From an uncultured Oscillospiraceae bacterium (GTDB lineage: Bacteria; Bacillota; Clostridia; Oscillospirales; Ruminococcaceae), in NCBI GenBank assembly GCA_964460755.1, contig CAYWQL010000003.1:28809-92808 (forward strand): DNA of 64,000 bases. Reading direction: 5' to 3'. Numbering within the stretch: the first letter of the stretch is position 1; each line of letters opens with the position of its first letter. A program made the position numbers and the translations under genes. Of the stretch, positions 28,607 to 38,494 are shown piece after piece. The notes beneath the pieces were generated by a model. The model did no database searches and had not been told where the DNA came from. It saw only the letters and a list, made by a program, of their open reading frames with translations.

Positions 28607-29197
28607 TTAATCAATCAACCCTTTTGTCGAGGGTATTTCGTCCTTATATTTTTCGTCGATAGAAACCGACGTTGCAAGTGAACGGGCAAGAGCCTTGAAA
28701 GCCGCTTCAATGATGTGGTGACTGTTTTTACCCGCAAGCTGGCGAACGTGTATCGTCGCGCCGAGCGAACGCGCAAATCCTAAGAAAAACTCCGAAACAA
28801 GCTCGGTTTCAAATTCGCCGACAAGCTCGGTCGGAATCAGAAGCGAATCGTCAACGAAGCACCTTCCGCTTATATCGCTCACCGCCATAACGAGCGCGTC
28901 GTCCATAGGGATTATCGCGTTGCCGTATCGCATTATGCCCTTGCGCTCGCCAAGCGCCTCGCTAAACGCCATACCCAAAACAATGGCAACGTCCTCGACG
29001 GTGTGGTGGTTGTCAACCTTCGTGTCGCCCTTGCAGTCAACACAGAGGTCAAAGCGCCCGTGACGGGAGAAAAGCTCAAGCATATGGTCTAAAAAACCGA
29101 CTCCCGTGTCGATTTCGTATTTCCCGCTTCCGTCCAAATTGAGCTTAACCGAAATATCGGTTTCGTTCGATTTTCTTTTGATTGTCGCTTGTCTCAT
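28607..29197 (-). CDS. hisB: imidazoleglycerol-phosphate dehydratase
   Basis: Motifs RKSNETDISV, HHTVEDVAIVLG and NSHHIIEA. Confidence 0.95.
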   Translation of the reverse strand: MRQATIKRKSNETDISVKLNLDGSGKYEIDTGVGFLDHMLELFSRHGRFDLCVDCKGDTKVDNHHTVEDVAIVLGMAFSEALGERKGIMRYGNAIIPMDDALVMAVSDISGRCFVDDSLLIPTELVGEFETELVSEFFLGFARSLGATIHVRQLAGKNSHHIIEAAFKALARSLATSVSIDEKYKDEIPSTKGLID

Positions 29198-30264
29198 TTT
29201 CCCTCACCTTTCAAAATTTCCTTTGTCGCGGCGATAAGCGCGTCCATATCTTTTTTAGTACCTATCGAAATTCTAACATATTTCTCTATTCTTTTGCCAC
29301 CTAAATATCGGACAAGTATGCCCCTGCGCTTAAGTTTTTTATAATATTCCTCGCCCGAAAGACCGTCGGGACATTTGGTGAAAATAAAATTTGTTTTGCT
29401 GTCGGTTGAAACAAAGCCAAGCTTTGAAAGCTCCTGTTTCGCGTACTCGCGGACGTCGACGACCTTTTTAAGGTTATCGCAAAAATATTTTTCGTCCGAA
29501 AGCGCCGCCGCGCCCGCAACAAGGGTAAGACGATTGACGTTATACGGGTTAAAGCTGAATTTTACCGTGTTGAGGTCTTTTATCAGCTCCTCGTTTGCAA
29601 CCGCGAAGCCGAGCCGCGCCCCCGCAAGATTTCTTGACTTAGAAAAGGTTCCGATGACCAAAAGATTTTTATACCTTTTAGTAAGCGGTATTACGCTTTC
29701 GCCGCCGAAATCGACATAGGCTTCATCGACGACGACCAGCCGCTTTTGGTTTTGCTTAATAAGCCGCTCGACCTCGTCCGCCGAAAGCGCTATGCCCGTC
29801 GGTGCGTTGGGGTTCGCGATAAAGACGGTTTTGTCGATATTCTTATAGTCGTCAACCTTGATTTTCAGCTCGTCGTCAAGAGGTACGACCGTCGCCTCAA
29901 CCGAAAGCAGCGCCGCAAAAACCTTATAAAATCCATAGGTTATGTCGGCATACGCCGCCCCCTTTTCGCAAAACGCCATAAAGCTAAAGGCAAGCACCTC
30001 GTCCGAGCCGTTCGAGGCAAATACGTTTTCCTTTTGAACCCCGAAGGTTTTCGCCAAGGCTTCCAAAAAATCCGAGCAGGTCGGGTCGCTGTAAAGCCGT
30101 AAATTGTCAACCTCTTTTCCGCTCACCGCCGCCTTGACCTTTTTGCTTGGCGGAAAGGGGTTTTCGTTTGTGTTAAGCTTAATAAAGCTATCTTTGCCCG
30201 TCGGCTGTTCACCGGGAATATAGGGTTCAAGTGAACTCAATTTATTTGTAAAAAACTCACTCAT
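29194..30264 (-). CDS. hisC: histidinol-phosphate aminotransferase
   Basis: Class-II aminotransferase, 356 aa, with the PLP lysine motif TFSKSRNLAG. Position within the operon supports the call. Confidence 0.9.
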   Translation of the reverse strand: MSEFFTNKLSSLEPYIPGEQPTGKDSFIKLNTNENPFPPSKKVKAAVSGKEVDNLRLYSDPTCSDFLEALAKTFGVQKENVFASNGSDEVLAFSFMAFCEKGAAYADITYGFYKVFAALLSVEATVVPLDDELKIKVDDYKNIDKTVFIANPNAPTGIALSADEVERLIKQNQKRLVVVDEAYVDFGGESVIPLTKRYKNLLVIGTFSKSRNLAGARLGFAVANEELIKDLNTVKFSFNPYNVNRLTLVAGAAALSDEKYFCDNLKKVVDVREYAKQELSKLGFVSTDSKTNFIFTKCPDGLSGEEYYKKLKRRGILVRYLGGKRIEKYVRISIGTKKDMDALIAATKEILKGEGK

Positions 30265-30272
30265 TTACTATC

Positions 30273-31553
30273 CTACTCGTCAAAGCGGATAAGTACCGAT
30301 TTCGCGTGTCCGTCAAGTCCTTCGATTTTGGCGAACGAGGCGACGTCGTCCTTAACCTCGCTTAACGCTTCCTTTGTGTAATATACATAGTTTGAAGTTT
30401 TGATGAAATCGTCCACCGAAAGCGGCGAAGAAAACCGCGCCGTCCCCCCCGTGGGCAGGGTATGGTTGGTGCCCGCGAAATAATCGCCAAGAGCCTCGGG
30501 AACATTTTTGCCCATAAAGACGCAGCCCGCGTTTACGACAAGACTCAAGAGCGAAAACGGGTCGTCTACGCAAAGCTCCAAATGCTCGGGCGCGATAAGG
30601 TTGGATATTCTCACCGCTTCTTTTAAATTCTTCACAACTATTATCTTTCCGTTGTTGTCAACCGACGCCCGCGCGATTTCCTTTCTCGGAAGCTTTTCTA
30701 TTTGCCCTTCAAGGCTTTCGCTCACTTTCTTTGCAAGCGACGCGCTGTCACATACAAGCACCGCCGAGGAGTTCTTGTCGTGCTCGGCTTGCGAAAGCAT
30801 ATCAGCCGCGACATAGTCGGCGTTTGCCGTTTCGTCTGCAAGAACGAGTATTTCGCTCGGACCCGCGACCATATCTATATCGACCGAGCCAAATACGCGG
30901 CGCTTCGCCGTCGAAACATATATATTTCCCGGCCCTACTATCTTGTCGACCTTTTTCACCGATTCTGTGCCATAGGCGAGCGCCGCAATCGCCTGCGCCC
31001 CACCCATTTTGTATATGGTCGTAACCCCCGCGACCTTTGCCGCCGTAAGTATTGCGGGATTTATTTTCCCCATCTTGTCTGGCGGAGTCGCAATAGCTAT
31101 CTCGCTCACCCCAGCGATTTTTGCAGGAATTGTATCCATAAGCACGCTCGACGGATACGCCGCCGTGCCGCCCGGAACATACAGCCCGACCCGCTCAAGG
31201 GCGATAACCCGCTGACCGAGAACAATGCCGTCATTTTCGGAAAGGGTGAAGCCGTTTCGCTTTTGACGCGAATGGAAGGCGACGATATTCGCCTTCGCCT
31301 TTTCGAGCGTTTCAATAAAGGCTTCGTCCGCGGCGGCGTATGCCTCGTCGATTTCCTCGGCGCTTACCAAAAGGGACGAAAGCCTTGCGCCATCGAATTT
31401 TTCGCAATATCTGAAAAGCGCCTCGTCGCCGTTTCGGCGAACGTCCTCAAGTATTTCCGCGACCGTCTTTTCCACAGCTTCGTTTATCGTCTGTTGTTCG
31501 CGAAGGATAATATCCTCAACCGCGATTTCACTGCAATCAAATGTCTTAATCAT
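30273..31553 (-). CDS. hisD: histidinol dehydrogenase
   Basis: The start is taken at ATG 31553 (ATGA overlap with the hisG stop). Motifs GPGNIYV, SQAEHD and PEHLEL. Confidence 0.9.
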   Translation of the reverse strand: MIKTFDCSEIAVEDIILREQQTINEAVEKTVAEILEDVRRNGDEALFRYCEKFDGARLSSLLVSAEEIDEAYAAADEAFIETLEKAKANIVAFHSRQKRNGFTLSENDGIVLGQRVIALERVGLYVPGGTAAYPSSVLMDTIPAKIAGVSEIAIATPPDKMGKINPAILTAAKVAGVTTIYKMGGAQAIAALAYGTESVKKVDKIVGPGNIYVSTAKRRVFGSVDIDMVAGPSEILVLADETANADYVAADMLSQAEHDKNSSAVLVCDSASLAKKVSESLEGQIEKLPRKEIARASVDNNGKIIVVKNLKEAVRISNLIAPEHLELCVDDPFSLLSLVVNAGCVFMGKNVPEALGDYFAGTNHTLPTGGTARFSSPLSVDDFIKTSNYVYYTKEALSEVKDDVASFAKIEGLDGHAKSVLIRFDE

Positions 31554-32167
31554 ATTTTTTCCTTTAACCCCGTGCAAATTTTATCAATAATTTCGGATTT
31601 AAACTTATAGCTGCTCTTGTTTGAAATAAGCCGCGCGCTTATGCCCTCGATTTCGCTGACGACCGAAAGGTTGTTCTCGCGAAGGGTACTTCCCGTTTCA
31701 ACGATATCGACGATAACATCGGAAAGCCCCAATATAGGGGCAAGCTCGATGCTTCCGTTAAGCTTAATTATGTCTATCTTTCGGCTTTTGCCTTCAAAAT
31801 ACCTCGTCGCCGTGTTGGGATATTTAGTCGCGACACGAAGCGGCAAATTTAGGTCGTCCTCAAAACCGTTTTTCGCGGCAACCGCCATACGGCACACGCC
31901 GATTTTTAGATCGAGAAGCTCATACACATCGTAGCTTCCCTCATAAAGAGTGTCGCTTCCGACGACGCCTATATCCGCCGCGCCACGCTCGACATAAATC
32001 GCGATGTCCGACGGCTTTACTAAAAGATAGCGAACGCCTTTTTCCTCATTTTCAAAAACAAGAAGACGAGTATCGTCTAAAACCTCGGAGCAGTCGTAGC
32101 CAATCTCGGCGAACAGCTTATAAACCTTGTTGCCGAGCCGACCCTTCGGCAAAGCTATGCTTAACAT
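31550..32167 (-). CDS. hisG: ATP phosphoribosyltransferase, short form
   Basis: 205 aa, beginning LSIALPKGRL. The short HisG form requires HisZ, which is encoded upstream. Confidence 0.9.
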   Translation of the reverse strand: MLSIALPKGRLGNKVYKLFAEIGYDCSEVLDDTRLLVFENEEKGVRYLLVKPSDIAIYVERGAADIGVVGSDTLYEGSYDVYELLDLKIGVCRMAVAAKNGFEDDLNLPLRVATKYPNTATRYFEGKSRKIDIIKLNGSIELAPILGLSDVIVDIVETGSTLRENNLSVVSEIEGISARLISNKSSYKFKSEIIDKICTGLKEKI

Positions 32168-32170
32168 ATT

Positions 32171-33283
32171 CTACGCCTCCTCTACCCTTCCGTTTTTTAT
32201 GAAATAGACGTTTTTTGCTCTTATGTCACGCGGCTTCTCGCGAAGCGCGCAGACCTCGCTGTATTTTTTCCTCAATTCCTCGACCGTCTTCGCTACAAGC
32301 TTTGGCTCGGCGCTGTCGTAGACTAACATTGCCTCGTAATCCCAGCTCGTCGGCGCGCTCTCAAGCATACGGTCAAGCTCACCTATATACAGCGCAAAGC
32401 CGAGTGCCTTTTGACTTTTTCCAAGCTTTTTCATAAGGCTGTCATACCGCCCGCCCGCAAGCACCGCTCGCGGAACTGCGCTGACATAGCCCTTGAAAAT
32501 AAGTCCGTTGTAATAGTCGGTATCCCCCGCCGCCGAAAAATCGAGCCGAACATTCTTCGCCATTCCGAGCGACTTAATTACGCCGTAAAGCGCTTCAAGC
32601 TCGTTGCACGCCGCAGTCGCTTCCGCTCCGTCACAAAGAGCTCTCATCTTCTTCAGCATACTTTCATAATCGCCCGACATTTCGCAAAGGGCGCAAAGCT
32701 TTTTGATGCTTTCTTCGCCTATTCCCTCGCTTTCTGCGATTTTCGTAAGCCCGTTTATGCTCTTCTTTTCGAACTCGGACAAAACCTCGCTCACCCGCTC
32801 GGCGGAAAAGCCGATTTCCTCAAGAAGACTTACCATATAGCCTATATGGCTTATATCCAAAACAAAGTTTTCGTCAATCGTTTCAAGGCTCTTCAGCGCA
32901 AGAAAGATAACCTCGGCTTCGGAATAGACCCCGTCTGCTCCGATGTATTCGAGCCCGACCTGGCTTATCTCCTTGCATTCGCGGTTGGCGCTGTCGGAGC
33001 GAAATACGTTTTCGCAATAAAAAAGCTTTTGCTCAACGGCGTCAGGCGCGGTGTTTTTGACAATGCTCATCGTTACGTCGGGCTTAAGCGCCATAAGACG
33101 CCCCCTGTAATCGGTAAAGGTGATTATTCCGCTGCCCTTTAAAAAGCTTTTGTTCTGCATATACATATCGTAGGCTTCAAATCTGCCCATTGCGTACTTT
33201 TTATAGCCGTAGCTTTCGTAAAGTGAACGAAGCTCAAGCGGAAGCACGTCTTTTCTTGGCAAATTACTAAAATCGTTACTCAA
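32171..33283 (-). CDS. hisZ: ATP phosphoribosyltransferase regulatory subunit
   Basis: HisRS-like fold without an anticodon domain. I prefer the TTG start at 33283, 7 nt after AGGAG (33295-33291). The ATG at 33307 has no SD and coincides with the predicted transcription start. Confidence 0.8.
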   Translation of the reverse strand: MSNDFSNLPRKDVLPLELRSLYESYGYKKYAMGRFEAYDMYMQNKSFLKGSGIITFTDYRGRLMALKPDVTMSIVKNTAPDAVEQKLFYCENVFRSDSANRECKEISQVGLEYIGADGVYSEAEVIFLALKSLETIDENFVLDISHIGYMVSLLEEIGFSAERVSEVLSEFEKKSINGLTKIAESEGIGEESIKKLCALCEMSGDYESMLKKMRALCDGAEATAACNELEALYGVIKSLGMAKNVRLDFSAAGDTDYYNGLIFKGYVSAVPRAVLAGGRYDSLMKKLGKSQKALGFALYIGELDRMLESAPTSWDYEAMLVYDSAEPKLVAKTVEELRKKYSEVCALREKPRDIRAKNVYFIKNGRVEEA

Positions 33284-33314
33284 TCTTCTTCTCCTAATAG
33301 TTTTCATTTTCTAA

Positions 33315-33343
33315 AGAATAGCACGCTTTAGTATAGTAGTCAA
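33315..33343 (-). promoter_or_regulatory. sigma-A type promoter of the his operon
   Basis: On the minus strand: TTGACT (33343-33338), 17-nt spacer, TATTCT (33320-33315). Confidence 0.5.
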
Positions 33344-33454
33344 GTAGCACGTTAAAGCGCGTTGCATTTTCAATTATTTGTTTATATTTTTTTATATTAT
33401 ACGGTATTTTTTGTGTATATGCACTACAAATTTACAAAAAGACAGCAATACCGC

Positions 33455-33483
33455 TTGAAAGGGCTAAAATGGTTTGATATAGT
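33455..33483 (+). promoter_or_regulatory. sigma-A type promoter of luxS
   Basis: TTGAAA (33455-33460), 17-nt spacer, TATAGT (33478-33483). Confidence 0.5.
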
Positions 33484-33510
33484 TATTATATAAAAGAAGG
33501 GGGCGTTTAG

Positions 33511-33969
33511 ATGAACAAAATCGCAAGCTTTACGGTTGACCACGATAAGCTGAAAAGAGGAATGTACCTTTCGAGGGTGGACGGCGACGTCATAACATAT
33601 GACATAAGAATGCGTGTTCCGAACAAGGGAGATTATCTTACGAACGCGGCGCTTCACTCCTTCGAGCATCTTTTCGCGACCTATGCCCGAAACAGCGCCC
33701 TAAGCGATAACGTCATTTACGTCGGACCTATGGGCTGCCGCACAGGCTTTTATTTTCTGACGCGCGGTATATCAAACAGGGCGGCTATCGACCTTGTTAT
33801 CGACTGCTTCAAAAAAATAGCGGTGCATGAGGGCGAAATCCCCGGCGCGACCCAAAAGGAATGCGGAAACTACAAGGAGCAGGATTTAGCGGGCGCAAAA
33901 AAAGAAGCCTCGGCTATGCTCGAGGTTCTCGAAAACATAACCGAAGCCGACCTTATATATGAAAAATAG
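33511..33969 (+). CDS. luxS: S-ribosylhomocysteine lyase
   Basis: HSFEHL metal-binding motif and GPMGCRTGFY. 152 aa. Confidence 0.95.
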   Translation: MNKIASFTVDHDKLKRGMYLSRVDGDVITYDIRMRVPNKGDYLTNAALHSFEHLFATYARNSALSDNVIYVGPMGCRTGFYFLTRGISNRAAIDLVIDCFKKIAVHEGEIPGATQKECGNYKEQDLAGAKKEASAMLEVLENITEADLIYEK

Positions 33970-33971
33970 AG

Positions 33972-35147
33972 TTATTTGACGTTTTTTAAAAGTTCATCGA
34001 CCTTATCAAGCCTTTCCCACGCCACGCCAAGGTCCTCGCGACCGACGTGACCGTATGCGGAAAGGCTTTTATATATGGGCTTTTGAAGGGAAAGCGCCCT
34101 TCTTATCGCCGTCGGGCGCATATCAAAAACGGCTTTTACAGCACTTTCGATTTTCTCGCACGAAACGGCTTCGGTTCCGAAGGTTTCGACCATAACCGAA
34201 ACAGGGGTTGCGACGCCGATAGCGTAGGCAAGCTGAACCTCGCACTTTTTCGCAAGCTTCGCCGCGACGATGTTTTTGGCGATATATCTCGCCATATACG
34301 CCGCCGAGCGGTCGACCTTGGTTGCGTCCTTTCCCGAAAAACAACCGCCGCCGTGGCGCGAATAGCCGCCGTAGGTATCAACGATAATTTTTCTTCCTGT
34401 AAGCCCGCTGTCGCCGACGGGGCCGCCGATAACGAAGCGACCGGTAGGATTAATATATATTTTTGTGTTCTCGTCCATCATTTTGCCGGGAATAACAGCG
34501 TCGATAACAAGGTCTTTTATCGTTTTGCGAAGAACGCTCATTTCCACGTCTTCGGTGTGCTGGGAGCTTACCACAATCGCCTCGACCCGTTTGGGCGCGC
34601 CGTCGAGATATTCGACCGTGACCTGCGCTTTCCCGTCCGGGCGAAGGAAATCAGCCTCGCCGCTCTTGCGAACCGTCTCAAGCCGCTTGCAGAGCGAATG
34701 GGCAAGGCTTATCGGAAGAGGCATAAGCTCGGGCGTTTCGTCGCAGGCAAAGCCGAACATCATACCTTGGTCGCCCGCGCCGTTCTGGGCTTCCGCCGCG
34801 CCTTCCTTTTCCTCAAGAGCGTCGTCGACGCCAAGGGCGATATCCGCCGACTGCTCACGGAGCATAATCTCAACCCTGCAGGTTTTGCCGAAGAAGCCGC
34901 AGTCCTCGGTATAGCCGATTTCGTCAATGGTATCGCGGACTGTTTTTTCGTAATTGACCTTTGCCTTTGAGGTGATTTCTCCGACGACAAATACGCAGTT
35001 ATCCTTTACCACGGTTTCACAGGCGACACGGGAATTTTCGTCACCCCTTAAAAGCTCGTCGAGAATAGCGTCCGATATTCGGTCGCAGACCTTGTCGGGA
35101 TGTCCCGACGTGACCGATTCCGACGTAAAGAAATACGATTTTGACAT
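33972..35147 (-). CDS. metK: S-adenosylmethionine synthase
   Basis: The start was moved to ATG 35147 ([22 protein letters not shown]) after AAAGGAG. Also GGGCFSGKD. The upstream part of the long ORF covers the S-box. Confidence 0.95.
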   Translation of the reverse strand: MSKSYFFTSESVTSGHPDKVCDRISDAILDELLRGDENSRVACETVVKDNCVFVVGEITSKAKVNYEKTVRDTIDEIGYTEDCGFFGKTCRVEIMLREQSADIALGVDDALEEKEGAAEAQNGAGDQGMMFGFACDETPELMPLPISLAHSLCKRLETVRKSGEADFLRPDGKAQVTVEYLDGAPKRVEAIVVSSQHTEDVEMSVLRKTIKDLVIDAVIPGKMMDENTKIYINPTGRFVIGGPVGDSGLTGRKIIVDTYGGYSRHGGGCFSGKDATKVDRSAAYMARYIAKNIVAAKLAKKCEVQLAYAIGVATPVSVMVETFGTEAVSCEKIESAVKAVFDMRPTAIRRALSLQKPIYKSLSAYGHVGREDLGVAWERLDKVDELLKNVK

Positions 35148-35181
35148 AGTGTTAACTCCTTTAGAAAATAAATAGACACAA

Positions 35182-35212
35182 CAAAAAAGCTCAAGGCAAA
35201 AACCTTGAGCGC
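35182..35212 (-). terminator. S-box expression-platform terminator
   Basis: On the minus strand: GCTCAAGG-TTTTTG-CCTTGAGC followed by T6. Confidence 0.8.
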
Positions 35213-35217
35213 AAAAA

Positions 35218-35311
35218 ACTATCTCTCGGTTTTCACCGCAGGATTTAGCACCTTGCGTTCCGCGCAGGTTGCTGGGCTTCACAGTGCCAGTCACTCCACC
35301 ACTCTTAATAG
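35218..35311 (-). promoter_or_regulatory. SAM-I (S-box) riboswitch
   Basis: The minus-strand RNA reads CTATTAAGAGTGGTGGAGTGACTGGCACTGTGAAGCCCAGCAACC...GGTGCTAAATCCTGC...GAGAGATAG. This matches the SAM-I consensus blocks, and it lies directly upstream of metK. Confidence 0.9.
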
Positions 35312-35332
35312 GAAATATTAATTTGTGTGCTC

Positions 35333-35361
35333 ATTATATCTTCTCGCAAGGAGAAAGTCAA
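35333..35361 (-). promoter_or_regulatory. consensus sigma-A promoter for the S-box/metK transcript
   Basis: On the minus strand: TTGACT (35361-35356), 17-nt spacer, TATAAT (35338-35333). Confidence 0.65.
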
Positions 35362-35371
35362 TTATTTATAT

Positions 35372-37078
35372 TTAATCGTTAAGCTTAATTACCGTTTCGC
35401 GAATATCGGCGGCGGAAAGCTTTTCTACCCGCCTGTCATATGTCAAAATACCGTTGAGCTCGTCCTCGACGTCGCTGACTTGGGTATAAACCGAAGCGCA
35501 CAAGCCCTTTTTCTTCGCGGGAATAAGCTCGTTTTCATAAAGGGCGACGAACGCCTTTTTGAACTCCTCAGCGCTCGCAAATCGCTTGTAGCCGAAATCC
35601 TTTTTATTGAAACAATGACCGTCTATTCGCAAATTATAGCCGCCAAATTCGCTGAGCCCCGTCGCGCGACCGTATTTGTCGGGTTTAAAAACGTAGGGCT
35701 TAAAGTAAACGTGCTTCGTTCGAAGCTCTCCGATATGTTGGTCGTGCCAGCCGCTTGCGGGGTCAATAAAGCGGCTTTTGTCAAGCTGCTTTATCATCTC
35801 GGTTATTTCTTTGCTGTCAAACTGCCCCCATCCCTCGTTAAAGGGCGTCCAAAGGCAAAGCGACGGCACGGATATAAGCTGGTTTATCATCTCGCAAAGC
35901 TCGATTTTATACCGCTCACGCCCCTTTCCACTCTCGCGGCCAAAGGCTTTGTAGTTATGGTCGTTTATGCTGATATTAAAAAAACAGGGAAGCGAAATAA
36001 CCGCCGTTTTATATTTTCCGCCGCCGTTAATCATATCCTGCCAAACGAGCATACCGAGCCTGTCGCAGTGGTAGTACCACCGCATAGGCTCAATTTTTAT
36101 ATGCTTTCTAAGCATATTGAAGCCAAGCGACTTCATCGCCGTTATGTCGTAAACAAGCGCCTCGTCCGACGGCGCGGTATAAAGCCCGTCCGACCAATAG
36201 CCTTGGTCGAGAAGCCCGTTTTGAAAATACGGTCTGCCGTTGAGAAACATTCGCTTTATGCCCTTTTCGTCCTCTTCAAGCGAAAACTTCCGCATTGCGA
36301 AATAGCTTTTTATTCTGTCCTTTCCCGCTGAAACAAAAAGGTCGTATAGCCTCGGGTTTTCGGGCGACCATCCTTCAAAGTCGCCGATTTTTAAAACTAT
36401 GGGCCGGTTGGTCTTTCCCTTTGCCGTTTTGCCGCACGCCGAAATTTCGACGTCGATATCCGCGACGCTCTTCGCCGTGACCTCAACCGCCGCCTCGTCG
36501 AAAAGGGGCTTTATAACAAGCGCTTTTACATATTCCTTCGGCACACTTTCAAGCCAGACCGTCTGCCAAATCCCGCTTTGCGGGGTATACCATATACCGC
36601 CGCGGTTTAACCTTTGCTTGCCGCGCGAGTTGTACGACCTGTCGCTCTCATCGGTTACCTTCACGACGAAAAGATTATCTTTTTCATTAAGAAAATCTGT
36701 TATGTCGAGCGAAAAGGCAGTATATCCGCCAATATGTCCGCCGACCTTCCTGCCGTTGACAAAAACCTCGCACCGCTCGTCAACCGCGCCGAAATTAAGA
36801 AGCACCCTTCCAATATTAAAGCCTTTTTTAAGTGTTGCTTCACGCTTATACCAAAGTGTTTCGTTCGGCATAAGAATACGGCTTACCCCTGAAAGCTCGC
36901 TTTCGGGCGAAAAGGGAACGAGAATTTCGCCCTCATATTCGCTCGGCTCCTCACCGCCCGTTATGGCATATTGCCACGCGCCGTTGAGGTTAATATAGCT
37001 TTCCCGCTCCATTTGAGGGCGCGGATATTCTTTTAATATGCTTTGCTTATCTAACGCCTCGCCCCATATCGTTTTCAT
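35372..37078 (-). CDS. glycoside hydrolase family 2 protein
   Basis: The N-terminus YPRPQMERESYINLNGAWQ..., FGAVDERCEVFVNG and GGYTAFSLDIT form a GH2 sugar-binding domain. 568 aa. Confidence 0.8.
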   Translation of the reverse strand: MKTIWGEALDKQSILKEYPRPQMERESYINLNGAWQYAITGGEEPSEYEGEILVPFSPESELSGVSRILMPNETLWYKREATLKKGFNIGRVLLNFGAVDERCEVFVNGRKVGGHIGGYTAFSLDITDFLNEKDNLFVVKVTDESDRSYNSRGKQRLNRGGIWYTPQSGIWQTVWLESVPKEYVKALVIKPLFDEAAVEVTAKSVADIDVEISACGKTAKGKTNRPIVLKIGDFEGWSPENPRLYDLFVSAGKDRIKSYFAMRKFSLEEDEKGIKRMFLNGRPYFQNGLLDQGYWSDGLYTAPSDEALVYDITAMKSLGFNMLRKHIKIEPMRWYYHCDRLGMLVWQDMINGGGKYKTAVISLPCFFNISINDHNYKAFGRESGKGRERYKIELCEMINQLISVPSLCLWTPFNEGWGQFDSKEITEMIKQLDKSRFIDPASGWHDQHIGELRTKHVYFKPYVFKPDKYGRATGLSEFGGYNLRIDGHCFNKKDFGYKRFASAEEFKKAFVALYENELIPAKKKGLCASVYTQVSDVEDELNGILTYDRRVEKLSAADIRETVIKLND

Positions 37079-38349
37079 TGCCGTTTGCTCCCTTTTTTAA
37101 GAAACACGACCGGCACGACTACCACGACGAGAGCAATCGCCGCCGCAAGGAAAATATTCGGGGTCGGAACGCTTTTTATTACGCCGAGCTCCTCATAGGT
37201 TGCGCCGCTGTTTTTTATGACCGCCGCGCCGATATACGGGCCAATTACCATAGGAAGAAGGACCTGAAAAATCATTCGTATTCCCTGAAAAAGCCCGACC
37301 TTGTCCTTGGGGGTATGGTCGCGAACAATAGCGGAAAGAATAGCCGTAACGAGCATATAGCCCGACATCATTACCGAGCCCGCGACGATAACTCCGACGA
37401 AGGAGCGAACAAAGAACATTCCAAGAAGACCCGCAAGCATAATCGCCGCCGCGGGGAAAATGACCCGAAGCTTGCCTGTTTTGTCTATAAACCCGCCGCT
37501 TAGAACAGAAACCGCCGACGCGACGATAAGCACTATGCCAAGGATTATCGCATAGCCGTCGAAGCCGAGGTATTTTTGCATATAGATGATAAGATAGGGA
37601 AAGAAAATCTGAACCGCCACGGAAAAAACAAGCACCGCCATAAACGCGATATAAAGAAGCCCGTTCGCCTTAATGACAGAAGGCTTGAAGCCGTAAATGA
37701 TGTTTTTGAAGTATGGCTCGTCCTTTTTTTCTATCGGCTTGTCCTTCAAAAGGAAAATCGAAGCTATACCCGTTATAGTGACGGCGATACCGAAAATCAA
37801 GAAAAACTCGCTCCAGCGCCCCTGTTGCGTGAGGGCGTCAAAGCCGCCGAAAATCACGAGCATTGAAATGAGCGGAAGGGTCGCCAAAACCGATTCAACC
37901 CGCCCGCGGTTATCCTCGGCGGTGTTGTCGGTAACATAAGCGTTGAACGCCGCGTCGTTCGCCGTCGAACCGAAAAAGGTCATAACGCAATCCATTACGA
38001 CGACAAGCCCTGCCGCTGTCGCAACCGCGTTCGCCGCGGGAAACCACGCCGAAACGTTTTCAACGCTTATAAATCCGAAGGACGCCGTCGACAACCCCCA
38101 AAGAATATAGCCGACGACGATAAATGCCTTGCGTTTTCCGACCTTATCCGAAAGCGCGCCCATCAGAAGCGTCGTAAGGGTTGCGGCAATCGCACTCGCC
38201 GCAACCATATTCGCGATATAAGTCGGGTCTGTGGAAATCGTGTTGTAAAGAAACACGTTAAAATACATATTCTCGATAGTCCACGCGAACTGACCGACAA
38301 TGCCGATTATAATAAACGAAGCCCAAATTCTTTTTGACAGCTTTTTCAT
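37075..38349 (-). CDS. MFS transporter (probable glycoside importer for the GH2 enzyme)
   Basis: 12-TM ORF with an ATGA overlap to the GH2 gene. ATG 38349 follows GGAGGG. The TTG at 38361 lies inside that SD. Confidence 0.75.
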   Translation of the reverse strand: MKKLSKRIWASFIIIGIVGQFAWTIENMYFNVFLYNTISTDPTYIANMVAASAIAATLTTLLMGALSDKVGKRKAFIVVGYILWGLSTASFGFISVENVSAWFPAANAVATAAGLVVVMDCVMTFFGSTANDAAFNAYVTDNTAEDNRGRVESVLATLPLISMLVIFGGFDALTQQGRWSEFFLIFGIAVTITGIASIFLLKDKPIEKKDEPYFKNIIYGFKPSVIKANGLLYIAFMAVLVFSVAVQIFFPYLIIYMQKYLGFDGYAIILGIVLIVASAVSVLSGGFIDKTGKLRVIFPAAAIMLAGLLGMFFVRSFVGVIVAGSVMMSGYMLVTAILSAIVRDHTPKDKVGLFQGIRMIFQVLLPMVIGPYIGAAVIKNSGATYEELGVIKSVPTPNIFLAAAIALVVVVVPVVFLKKGSKRQ

Positions 38350-38454
38350 TTTGCCCTCCAAATAATGAATTTACCTACTTAAATTTTATCATTTATACAA
38401 CCTAAATACTATTATCATTTACGCCGAAACAAATAAAAAAAACTGTAACAAGAA

Positions 38455-38486
38455 ACAAAAAACGCCGGCGTAACGTCGGCGTTTTA
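38455..38486. terminator. intrinsic terminator after degV
   Basis: AACGCCG / CGGCGTT hairpin with T6 on the minus strand. Confidence 0.65.
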
Positions 38487-38494
38487 AAAAACAA

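Noticed and set aside
30702-31610. A 302-aa plus-strand ORF antisense to hisD. There are similar long shadows antisense to hisZ (32411-33142), metK (34047-34970), GH2 (35327-36331), htpG (39704-40366 and 40496-41116), the malic enzyme (41558-42421), GH94 (56087-56686) and adhE (59423-60238).
   Set aside because: All lie opposite confidently identified genes, have Arg-rich skewed composition, and lack ribosome-binding sites.
33284-33510. A search for a histidine T-box or leader-peptide attenuator upstream of the his operon.
   Set aside because: The region between the divergent luxS and hisZ promoters is too short. It contains only the promoter and a ~25-nt 5' UTR, with no His-codon run, no terminator and no T-box elements.
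35148-35294. A 49-codon N-terminal extension of metK (track ORF 33972-35294).
   Set aside because: It covers the SAM-I riboswitch and its terminator. The conserved MetK N-terminus and SD are at 35147.
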